Source of the DNA: Lysobacteraceae bacterium
Lineage (GTDB): Bacteria; Pseudomonadota; Gammaproteobacteria; Xanthomonadales; Xanthomonadaceae
Reading direction: 5' to 3'
Assembly (NCBI GenBank): GCA_035686325.1
Contig: DASRZN010000196.1
Span: 2,006 to 66,005 of the forward strand
DNA: 64,000 nucleotides
Of the stretch, positions 54,086-64,000 are shown piece by piece. The notes under the pieces were generated by a model. It was not told where the DNA came from, made no database searches, and saw only the letters and a program-made list of their open reading frames with translations. A program made the position numbers and the translations under genes. Position 1 is the first letter of the stretch, and every line of letters starts with the position of its first letter.

Positions 54086-55023
54086 GGGCGCTGCTGCCGC
54101 TGCTGTTGGCGCTGGCGTTGGCCCTGCCGCTGCGCGCCGCGGCGGCGCCGGCGGCGCAAGACCGCGCGGTGTGGGTGTGGGAGCGCGACGCCTACGCGAT
54201 GGTCGAGTCCCGGACGATGGCCGACGAGGCCTTCGCCTTCCTGCGCGACAAGGACGTCAATGTGCTCTACCTGTACGCCGACGCGTGGCAGGGCCGCAAC
54301 CTGATCGTCGACCGACCCCAGGCCTATCGCCGCTTCATCGCGCGGGCCCACGACGATGGCTTCAAGGTCTACGCGCTGCTGGGATCGGCCTACCTGAAGA
54401 CCGAGGAATACGTGCTGCCGGGCCGGCTGGACGAGGCCGGCGCGATGTTCCAGCGCGTGCTCGACTACAACGCCGCCGCAGCGGAGGGCGAGCGCTTCGA
54501 CGGCGTGAACTACGACATCGAACCGCACCTGCTCGACGCCTGGGACACGCGCCGGACCGAACTGCTGCTCGGCTTCCTCGACATGACCGCCGACTTCGCG
54601 CGACGCAAGGCCGCGTCGGGCCAGCGGCTCGCGATCGGCCCGGCGATGCCGTTCTGGTGGGACAACATCCGGATCGAATGGCGCGGCAACACCCGCCCGA
54701 TGAGCGAGCATGTCGCCGACCTGACCGACTACGTCGCGCTGATGGACTACCGCAACGAAGCCGAAGGCAACGACGGCATCGTCGACCACGCCGAGGCGGA
54801 GATCGCCTACGCGGCGCGCGCCGGCCGCAAGGTGGTGATCGGCCTGGAGTTGAGCCCGAGCGAACCGCGCAAGGTCACGTTCAACCACCTGACCGAAGCC
54901 GACCTCGCGCGCGAGATGCGCCTGACCGAGCGCGCGCTGGGCGCCAGTCCCGCCTTCGGCGGTTTCGTGCTGCACCACTATCGCGGCTACGTCGAGTGGG
55001 TGCGCCGCCAGGCAGCCGAGTGA
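54082..55023 (+). CDS. Secreted TIM-barrel glycoside-hydrolase-like protein
   Basis: 313 aa with signal peptide MRALLPLLLALALALPLRAAAA. The alternating beta/alpha pattern includes FDGVNYDIEP and VVIGLE, reminiscent of GH114/PelA-N/PgaB-C-like folds. The ATG overlaps the upstream stop. Confidence 0.6.
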   Translation: MRALLPLLLALALALPLRAAAAPAAQDRAVWVWERDAYAMVESRTMADEAFAFLRDKDVNVLYLYADAWQGRNLIVDRPQAYRRFIARAHDDGFKVYALLGSAYLKTEEYVLPGRLDEAGAMFQRVLDYNAAAAEGERFDGVNYDIEPHLLDAWDTRRTELLLGFLDMTADFARRKAASGQRLAIGPAMPFWWDNIRIEWRGNTRPMSEHVADLTDYVALMDYRNEAEGNDGIVDHAEAEIAYAARAGRKVVIGLELSPSEPRKVTFNHLTEADLAREMRLTERALGASPAFGGFVLHHYRGYVEWVRRQAAE

Positions 55024-55038
55024 CGCGCCGCCCGGCGC

Positions 55039-55968
55039 TCACTCCTTGCCGTTGCGCACCAGTTCCACGAACGCGCGCGCCTGCGGCGACAGCAGCTTGC
55101 CCTTGCGCATCACCACGCCGTAGCTGCGCGACGGGAACCACGGCGCCAGCGAACGCGCCGCCAAGCGCGCGCGATCGGCGTCGGTCAGGCAGATCGCGGT
55201 GACGATGGAGATGCCCAGGCCCATCGCCACGTACTGCTTGATCACCTCCCAGCCGCCGACCTCCAGCGCGACCGTGTACGGCACCCGGTTGCGCTGGAAC
55301 ACGAGGTCCACCATCCGGTAGGTGGTCAACCGGCGTGGCGGCAGGATCAGGCCATAGGGCGACAGGTCCTCGAGCGTGAGATCGGGCTTGCCGGCGAGCG
55401 GATGGTCGACCGGCGTGATCAGCATCGGCTCGAATTCGAAGATCGGCGCGTAATCCAGGTCCGGTGGCACGTCCAGCATCGAGCCCACCGCGAAGTCGAC
55501 CGCGTCCGAGCGCAGCAGGTTGAGCCCGCCGGCGCCGGTGACGTTGTGCAGCTTCAGCCGCACCTCCGGCTGGCGCTGGCGGAAGGCGTCGACGAAGCGC
55601 GGCAGCAGGTAGAGGATGGTCGAGCTGCCGGCGGCGATGTCCAGCTCGCCCACGTCCAGGCCGCTGACCTCGGCGCGAAACGCGGCGTCGAGCCCGTCGA
55701 TGCCCTCCACCAGCGGCCGTGCCAGCGCGTACAGCGCCTCGCCCTCGCGGGTCGGCGACAGCCGGCGGCCGCTGCGGTCAAGCAGGCGCACGCCGAACTC
55801 GCGCTCCAGCGCCTGCAGCTGCAGGGTCACCGCCGGCTGGCTGAGATACAGGGCCTCCGCCGCGCGCGACACCGACCCCAGCCGCACGACCTGGCAGAAG
55901 GCCCGCAGCGGCTTGAGGCGGTCGCCCTTGTAGGAGAAGCGCGGCGTAGCAGGTCGCCGGTCGGCCAT
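55039..55968 (-). CDS. LysR-family transcriptional regulator
   Basis: 309 aa from MADRRPATPRF. HTH segment (LRAFCQVVRLGSVSRAAEALYLSQPAVTLQLQALE) plus a LysR substrate-binding domain. Divergent from aceB. Confidence 0.9.
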   Translation of the reverse strand: MADRRPATPRFSYKGDRLKPLRAFCQVVRLGSVSRAAEALYLSQPAVTLQLQALEREFGVRLLDRSGRRLSPTREGEALYALARPLVEGIDGLDAAFRAEVSGLDVGELDIAAGSSTILYLLPRFVDAFRQRQPEVRLKLHNVTGAGGLNLLRSDAVDFAVGSMLDVPPDLDYAPIFEFEPMLITPVDHPLAGKPDLTLEDLSPYGLILPPRRLTTYRMVDLVFQRNRVPYTVALEVGGWEVIKQYVAMGLGISIVTAICLTDADRARLAARSLAPWFPSRSYGVVMRKGKLLSPQARAFVELVRNGKE

Positions 55969-55983
55969 GAGTGAAGGCCATCT

Positions 55984-56031
55984 ATAAGTTTGCCTTATGG
56001 TACCTATTGGCAAAACTGCTTTGTCAAATAG
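55984..56031. promoter_or_regulatory. LysR-type T-N11-A box and second imperfect palindrome in the LysR/aceB divergent region
   Basis: ATAAG-tttgc-CTTAT (55984..55998) is a perfect T-N11-A dyad. ctattggcaaaact/gctttgtcaaatag (56004..56031) is an imperfect dyad containing TTGTCA. The patch is locally AT-rich. Confidence 0.55.
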
Positions 56032-56079
56032 CAAGACGCCCCCGTACGGTCTGGGCTCCCACGGACAGGAGCCAGCGCC

Positions 56080-57744
<1,665 letters not shown>

Positions 57745-57793
57745 TTCGCGTTTCCCGCCACCGGCCACCGCCACCGACCGAAGGACCGCCACC

Positions 57794-59089
<1,296 letters not shown>

Positions 59090-59166
59090 CCCACGGCGGA
59101 TGGCCTATGGACAAGCACCCGGGGATATGCTGACCTGCGGCTTCCAACCCTCCCTGGTTCCACAAG

Positions 59167-59646
59167 ATGAACGCATTTCCGCTCAAGACCTTCGTCCTTG
59201 CCGCCCTGTTCGCGCTGGCCGCCGGGCCTGCGTTCGCCGACGACAACGGCGTGGACGACACCGTGCCCGAGATCCTCGCCACCCAGCACGCGCTGCGCGC
59301 CAAGCTCGACCAGCCGACCGGCGAGTACTCCAAGTTCAGCAATGCCGACCTCGCCCGCATGCGTCGCGCGCAGGACAGGGTCTTCGAGATGCTGGACGGC
59401 GTGACCTCGCTGGACGAGCTCAACGAGGCAGAGCGCACCGAGCTGTCGAACGCGCTCAGCCAGATCAAGGCCACCCTGGCCTCAGACGAGGGCTCGCGCC
59501 TGGTCTGCTACCGCGAACGCAAGACCGGGACCAACCTGGTGACCAAGCGCTGCGAGACGGTGGCCGAGCGCGAGGCGCGGGCGCGGGCTTCGCAGGAGCA
59601 GCTGCGCGAGTACGCTCCGACTCCGTCCCTGCGCGCCGGCAATTGA
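59167..59646 (+). CDS. Secreted hypothetical protein
   Basis: 159 aa with signal peptide MNAFPLKTFVLAALFALAAGPAFA. The mature part is helical and charged with 2 Cys. A hairpin follows. Confidence 0.65.
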   Translation: MNAFPLKTFVLAALFALAAGPAFADDNGVDDTVPEILATQHALRAKLDQPTGEYSKFSNADLARMRRAQDRVFEMLDGVTSLDELNEAERTELSNALSQIKATLASDEGSRLVCYRERKTGTNLVTKRCETVAEREARARASQEQLREYAPTPSLRAGN

Positions 59647-59671
59647 CCGCGGTTTCCTGATCCGTCCTTGG

Positions 59672-59695
59672 AACGGCCGCCGCGAGGCGGCCGTT
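59672..59695 (+). terminator. Hairpin terminator (weak U-tract)
   Basis: aacggccgcc-gcga-ggcggccgtt followed by tccgtt. Confidence 0.5.
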
Positions 59696-59739
59696 TCCGT
59701 TGCGGGGGCCGTCATCCCGCCGCGCCGTAGAATGGCGGG

Positions 59740-60903
59740 ATGAGTGAATTGCCCACCGTCCGCCTGAAGAACGCCTGGAAATCGTCCCACCCCTGGATCT
59801 TCCAGAAGCTGGTGGAAAAGCCCGCGGTCCGGCCCAAGCCCGGCAGCATCGTCGACGTCATCGGCGTCGACGGCGAGTGGATCGGCCGCGGCTTCTACAA
59901 CGGCCACTCGCGGATCGCCGTACGCATCCTCGAGACGCGCCGGGACGTGCCGGTGGACGCGGCGTGGTTCGCGCGCAGGATCGCCGACGCGGTGGCCCTG
60001 CGCCGCGAGCTGCTGCGGCTGGACCAAGTCAGCGACGCCTGGCGGGTGGTGCACAGCGAAGGCGACGGCCTGAGCGGGTTGGTCGTGGATCGCTACGCCG
60101 ACCTGCTGGTGCTGGAGTTCTTCAGCGCCGGCATGTTCCGCCACCGCGAGTGGATCCAGGACGCGCTGCGCGCGCAGTTTCCCGACTGCCGTTTCCACAG
60201 CTTCGCCGACGAGCACGTGCAGAAGCAGGAATCGTTCGACTTCCGCGGCTCGCAGCCGGCGGCGCCGGCGATCATCACCGAGCACGGCATCCGCTTCCGA
60301 GCAGATCCGGCCGGGGCGCACAAGACCGGCTTCTTCGCCGACCAGCGCGAGAACCGGCAGTGGCTGTCGCAGTTCGCCGCCGGCGCGCGCGTGCTCGACC
60401 TGTGCTGCAACACCGGCGGCTTCGGCGTCTACGCCGCGGTGCGCGGGGCCAGCGAGGTGGTCGGCGTCGACATCGACGAGGCGGTGCTGGACATCGCCCG
60501 CGGCAACGCCCGGCTCAACGACGTGCGGCCGCGTTTCGTGCAGGCCGACATCTTCCCGTGGCTGCGCGACGCCCACGCCAACGGCGAGCGCTTCGACATC
60601 GTGGTCCTGGACCCCGCCAAGATGACCCGGGACCGCGAGCAGGTCATCCCCGCGCTGAAGAAATACCTCGACATGAACAAGCTGGCGCTGGGCGTGGTGA
60701 AGCCCGGCGGCCTGTTCGCGACCTTCTCCTGCACCGGCCTGGTCGGCGAGGACCAGTTCCTCGACATGCTGCGCCGGGCCGCGTTCTACGCCGGCCGCGG
60801 CGTGCAGGTGCTGAAGGTCGCCGGCGCCGGGCCGGACCACCCGTTCCTGGCGCAGGCGCCGGAATCGCGCTACCTGAAGGCGGTGTTCTGCCGGGTGGAG
60901 TAG
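59740..60903 (+). CDS. rlmI: 23S rRNA m5C1962 methyltransferase RlmI-like (PUA + class I SAM MTase)
   Basis: 387 aa, colinear by eye with E. coli RlmI (HPWIF, GDGLSGLVVDRY, HKTGFFADQR, VLDLCCNTGGF, VVLDPAK, FSCTG, YLKAVFCRVE). Confidence 0.88.
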   Translation: MSELPTVRLKNAWKSSHPWIFQKLVEKPAVRPKPGSIVDVIGVDGEWIGRGFYNGHSRIAVRILETRRDVPVDAAWFARRIADAVALRRELLRLDQVSDAWRVVHSEGDGLSGLVVDRYADLLVLEFFSAGMFRHREWIQDALRAQFPDCRFHSFADEHVQKQESFDFRGSQPAAPAIITEHGIRFRADPAGAHKTGFFADQRENRQWLSQFAAGARVLDLCCNTGGFGVYAAVRGASEVVGVDIDEAVLDIARGNARLNDVRPRFVQADIFPWLRDAHANGERFDIVVLDPAKMTRDREQVIPALKKYLDMNKLALGVVKPGGLFATFSCTGLVGEDQFLDMLRRAAFYAGRGVQVLKVAGAGPDHPFLAQAPESRYLKAVFCRVE

Positions 60904-60933
60904 GGGACGAACCGCGTCACCTTGCCCGGGTTG

Positions 60934-60995
60934 GAGCGGCTTGTTCCGCGGCCATCGCCGCCGGCGGGCACCGAGCGGAGCAAGCTGCGCTCTAC
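60934..60995. repeat. Second inverted pair of REP-like elements (one arm degenerate)
   Basis: gagcggcttgttccgc (60934..60949, degenerate) and gagcggagcaagctgcgctctac (60973..60995, one mismatch to the unit). Confidence 0.6.
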
Positions 60996-61180
60996 GGATC
61001 CCCGAACGGCGGACTGATCGCCCCGGCCGTGCCTGGAAGACCGGACGCCCGCTTCGATGGGCGCCGTTGCTGCCGCCCTGGGCGCTACCCCTCGGGCTTC
61101 GGAACGCCCGGCCCGGCCATCCGTGGCCGGGCGTTCGGCACCGCAGCCGATGCCGGGGGGCATCGGCTAGACGCGGTGCC

Positions 61181-62215
61181 TCACCCCCCCGGGTTGAAGC
61201 TGATGGTGCGGCGGGTGGTCACCGGCGCGCCGATCGGCTGGAAGCGCCAGCGCTTGACCGCCGAGACCGCCTCGCGGTCGAACACCCGCGGCGGATTGGC
61301 GCGGACCACGCGCACGTCGGAGACCGAGCCGTCGGCCGCCACGGTGAACTCGACCTGGACTTCGCCGGAGGTGCCGGCGCGGTAGGCCTCGGTCGGATAG
61401 CGCGGCGCCGGCGTGCTGATCGGACGCAGGTCGCTCGCGCTCGCGCTCGGGCGCGCCGCGGCGGTCTGCGCCGGCTGCTGGGCAGGACGCTGCTGGGCGG
61501 CGCGCTGCGCGGCGGCGGCCGCTTCGGCCTGGCGCTGCTGCTCCGCCTGCCGCGCCTGCTCTTGGCGCTGCTGTTCGGCCTGCTGCGCGGCGAGTTGCTG
61601 GGCCGCCTGCTGCTGCGCGCGCTGCTGGTCGGCGGCGCGCTGCTTCTCCAGCTCGGCTTGGCGCTTGGCCTCTTCCTCGGCCTTCACCTTCTCCTGCTCC
61701 GCGCGCTGGGCGACCGCCTGCTGTTGGCGGGCGATCGAGTCCTTCAGGCGCGGCAGCGCCGGCGCGTTGGGGTCGGCCTTCTCCAGCAGCGCGTACAGGC
61801 GCTGCGCTTCGGCGAAGTCCTCGCGGTTGATGCTCTGCTCGGTGGCGATGACCGTGTACGGCATGAGGTCGGTCAGCGCGCTGGCGACGCCGGGATCGCC
61901 CGGGGCCTTGTCGCGCAGCGCGAGGTAGTACTCGACCGCGTTGTCGCCGGCCGGCGCGTACAGGCGCTGCTCCGCCTGCGCCTTGCGGGCGGCCTGGCGC
62001 AGGGCGTCGACGTCCATCGCGGCGACCTTCTCGGACACGGCGGGCGTGGCGGCGACCTGTTGTTGTTGCTGTTGCTGCGCGGCGGGCGCGGTGGTGCTGG
62101 CGCCCGGCTCGGGCGCCGCGTCTTCCTTCTTGCACCCGGCCACGGCGCAAAGTACGGCCAGGCCGGCGACCAGTCCCATGGACACCGGCCGCGCCTGCAA
62201 AGGCTTCACGGACAT
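61181..62215 (-). CDS. Lipoprotein with Gln/Ala/Glu-rich coiled region and C-terminal TonB-C domain
   Basis: 344 aa from MSVKPLQARPVSMGLVAGLAVLCAVAGC (lipobox). Contains a poly-Q (QQQQQQQ) and a long AEQQRQ-type low-complexity stretch. The C-terminus (PRYPTEAYRAGTSGEVQVEFTVAADGSVSDVRVV...AVKRWRFQP) is a TonB_C fold signature. Confidence 0.8.
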   Translation of the reverse strand: MSVKPLQARPVSMGLVAGLAVLCAVAGCKKEDAAPEPGASTTAPAAQQQQQQQVAATPAVSEKVAAMDVDALRQAARKAQAEQRLYAPAGDNAVEYYLALRDKAPGDPGVASALTDLMPYTVIATEQSINREDFAEAQRLYALLEKADPNAPALPRLKDSIARQQQAVAQRAEQEKVKAEEEAKRQAELEKQRAADQQRAQQQAAQQLAAQQAEQQRQEQARQAEQQRQAEAAAAAQRAAQQRPAQQPAQTAAARPSASASDLRPISTPAPRYPTEAYRAGTSGEVQVEFTVAADGSVSDVRVVRANPPRVFDREAVSAVKRWRFQPIGAPVTTRRTISFNPGG

Positions 62216-62309
62216 CGAAAACGCTCCCCTGACTGTGCGACGGAGGCCGCACGCCCCGCTAAGGACGCGACAGGACGGCCCGTTTGTCAACTCCCGCCGC
62301 CCGGCGCGG

Positions 62310-63650
62310 CTACTTGCCGATGCAGAAGGAGGCGAAAATGTGACCCAGTAGCGCGTCGGCGCCGACCTTGCCGGTGATCGCGCCGAGCGCGTCGTGCGCG
62401 GCGCGCAGCGACTCGGCGGCGAGCTCCAGCGCCTCGGAATCGCAGGCGGCCAGGGCCGCTTCGAGCTCGCCGGCGGCACTGCGCAGGGCGGCGACATGGC
62501 GGGCGCGGGCGGTGAACGCCCCTTCGGAAGCGTCGCCTGCGCCGGCGAGCGCCCGCAGGCGGGCATGCAAGGCGTCCAGGCCGAGGCCGGTGCGCGCCGA
62601 CACCACCAAGCTCTCGCCGTCGGCCGGCGTCGGCGGGGCATCGAGCAGGTCGGCCTTGTTGTGCAGCCACAGCACCTGGCCGATGCCGGCCAGCGCCGGC
62701 GCGACCGCGGCGCGGCCGGCATCGGGTTCTCGCGCGTCGAGCACCACCAGGGCGAGGTCGGCGCGGGCGAGTTCGGCCTGCGCGCGGCGCATGCCTTCGC
62801 GTTCGATCGCGTCGCCGCCCTCGCGCAGGCCGGCCGTGTCGACCAGCGTCAGTTCGAGGCCGTCGACGCGCAGCGTTTCACGCAGCAGGTCGCGGGTGGT
62901 GCCGGCGATGTCGGTGACGATCGCGCGCTCGCTGCCGGCGAGCGCATTGAGCAGCGAACTCTTGCCGGCGTTGGGCGGGCCGACCAGCACCGCGTGCAGC
63001 CCGTCGCGCAGCTTCTGCCCGCGTTCGGTTTCGGCGAGCAAGCCGGCCAGCGCGGCCTGCGTGCCCGCAAGCCCGCGCCGCACCGCGTCGCCGCCGAGCG
63101 TGTCGAGCGGTTCGTCGGCGAAGTCGATTGCCGCTTCTACGTGCACGCGCAGGCGCAGCAGGTCCGCCGCCAGCGCATCGACCCGCTGCGAGAACACGCC
63201 GTCGAGAGCACGGCGGGCGGCACGGGCGGCGCGCGCGTCGCCGGCCGCGATCAGGTCGGCGACCGCCTCGGCCTGGGCGAGGTCGAGCCGGCCGTTGAGG
63301 AAGGCGCGTTCGCTGAACTCCCCGGGCCGCGCCATCCGCGCGCCGAGCGCGACGCAGCGCGCCACTAGTTCGCGCAGCACCGGCGGGCTGCCGTGCGCCT
63401 GCAGTTCGACCACGTCCTCGCCGGTGAAGCTGGCCGGCGCGGCGAAATGCAGCGCGATGCCGTCGTCGATGACCTCGCCGCCGGCATCGCGGAAGCGCAC
63501 ATGGTGCGCGTGCCGCGGCCGCAGCGTGCGGGCGCAGAGCGCCTGCGCGATCGCCGGCGAACGCGGGCCCGACAGCCGCACCACGCCGATCCCGGCCGAG
63601 CCGCCGGCGGTGGCGATCGCGACGATGGTGTCGGTGTCCATGCGCGTCAT
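62310..63650 (-). CDS. mnmE: tRNA modification GTPase MnmE
   Basis: 446 aa. Contains [27 protein letters not shown] and the C-terminal FCIGK. Confidence 0.96.
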   Translation of the reverse strand: MTRMDTDTIVAIATAGGSAGIGVVRLSGPRSPAIAQALCARTLRPRHAHHVRFRDAGGEVIDDGIALHFAAPASFTGEDVVELQAHGSPPVLRELVARCVALGARMARPGEFSERAFLNGRLDLAQAEAVADLIAAGDARAARAARRALDGVFSQRVDALAADLLRLRVHVEAAIDFADEPLDTLGGDAVRRGLAGTQAALAGLLAETERGQKLRDGLHAVLVGPPNAGKSSLLNALAGSERAIVTDIAGTTRDLLRETLRVDGLELTLVDTAGLREGGDAIEREGMRRAQAELARADLALVVLDAREPDAGRAAVAPALAGIGQVLWLHNKADLLDAPPTPADGESLVVSARTGLGLDALHARLRALAGAGDASEGAFTARARHVAALRSAAGELEAALAACDSEALELAAESLRAAHDALGAITGKVGADALLGHIFASFCIGK

Positions 63651-63675
63651 CCTCGCAGAACCTGGCGCCGCAAAC

Positions 63676-63704
63676 GAAGAAGCCCGCGCGCGGCGGGCTT
63701 CTTC
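63676..63704 (-). terminator. Hairpin between yidC and mnmE (terminator/attenuator)
   Basis: On the minus strand, gaagaagcccgc-cgcgc-gcgggcttcttc (12-bp stem) is followed by gtttg. Confidence 0.55.
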
Positions 63705-63720
63705 GCAACCGGACGCCGGG

Positions 63721-64000
63721 TCAGGCCTTCGCGGGCTGTGCGCTGCCGCCGTACTTGCGCGTCATCCACCACTGCTGCAACAGGCCGAGCGAGCCGTTCG
63801 TCACCCAGTACAGCACCAGGCCCGCCGGGAAGAACGCGAACATCACGCCCATCGCGATCGGCATGAACTGCATCAGCTTGCGCTGGGTCGGGTCCATGCC
63901 CGGCATCGGCGTGAGCTTCTGCGTCGCCCAGGTCACGGCGACGTTGATCGCCGGCAGGATGAAATAGGGATCCGGCGCGGTCAGGTTCTGGATCCAGCCG
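63721..64000 (-). CDS. yidC: Membrane protein insertase YidC, C-terminal part (5' end beyond the window)
   Basis: The frame is open to the window edge. [20 protein letters not shown]...[30 protein letters not shown] aligns by eye with the E. coli YidC C-terminus. Confidence 0.93.
   Translation of the reverse strand, partial: GWIQNLTAPDPYFILPAINVAVTWATQKLTPMPGMDPTQRKLMQFMPIAMGVMFAFFPAGLVLYWVTNGSLGLLQQWWMTRKYGGSAQPAKA

Overview
This is a very high-GC (about 70%) gammaproteobacterial chromosomal segment. It looks Xanthomonadaceae/Lysobacteraceae-like, inferred from an Ax21-family porin, coaC/coaB-dut-algC synteny and REP-like palindromes. The yidC-mnmE pair at the right edge suggests the window lies close to oriC. 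I support about 70 protein-coding genes. Most are housekeeping: zapE, queF, tatD, yadGH, trmL, gpsA, secB, hemD/hemY, algC, dut, coaC/coaB, radC, argS, speA/speE, glnB, ubiK, comM, truC, arfB, aceBA, rlmI, mnmE and yidC. I recognised no rRNA, tRNA, CRISPR array, transposase or integrase. Many long ORFs in the track are antisense or out-of-frame shadows typical of high-GC DNA. Start codons were therefore re-placed using Shine-Dalgarno sequences, signal peptides and family N-termini. Main hunt result: at 46.7-55.0 kb there is a translationally coupled five-gene operon. It encodes a membrane HEAT-repeat protein, a processive GT2 synthase, a TPR plus beta-barrel (YaiO-like) outer-membrane protein, an LtaS/OpgB/BcsG-type phosphotransferase and a secreted TIM-barrel glycosidase-like protein. 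A membrane-anchored CX5R phosphatase-TPR fusion is transcribed divergently from it. The operon has the logic of a synthase-dependent exopolysaccharide secretion system, but its parts list does not match Pga, Bcs, Pel, Alg or Nfr. Secondary observations: (1) a seven-gene array of KGG-repeat hydrophilins plus a DUF2795 gene; (2) coaBC split at a GTGA overlap; (3) a PMM/PGM with a 330-aa two-TM N-terminal extension; (4) two intergenic regions with orphan promoter or terminator signals that could encode sRNAs; (5) a small XRE/membrane-protein module with TTGACA-type palindromic operators; (6) a 21-23 bp REP-like palindrome family. All functional calls are by eye from translated motifs. No database searches were run.
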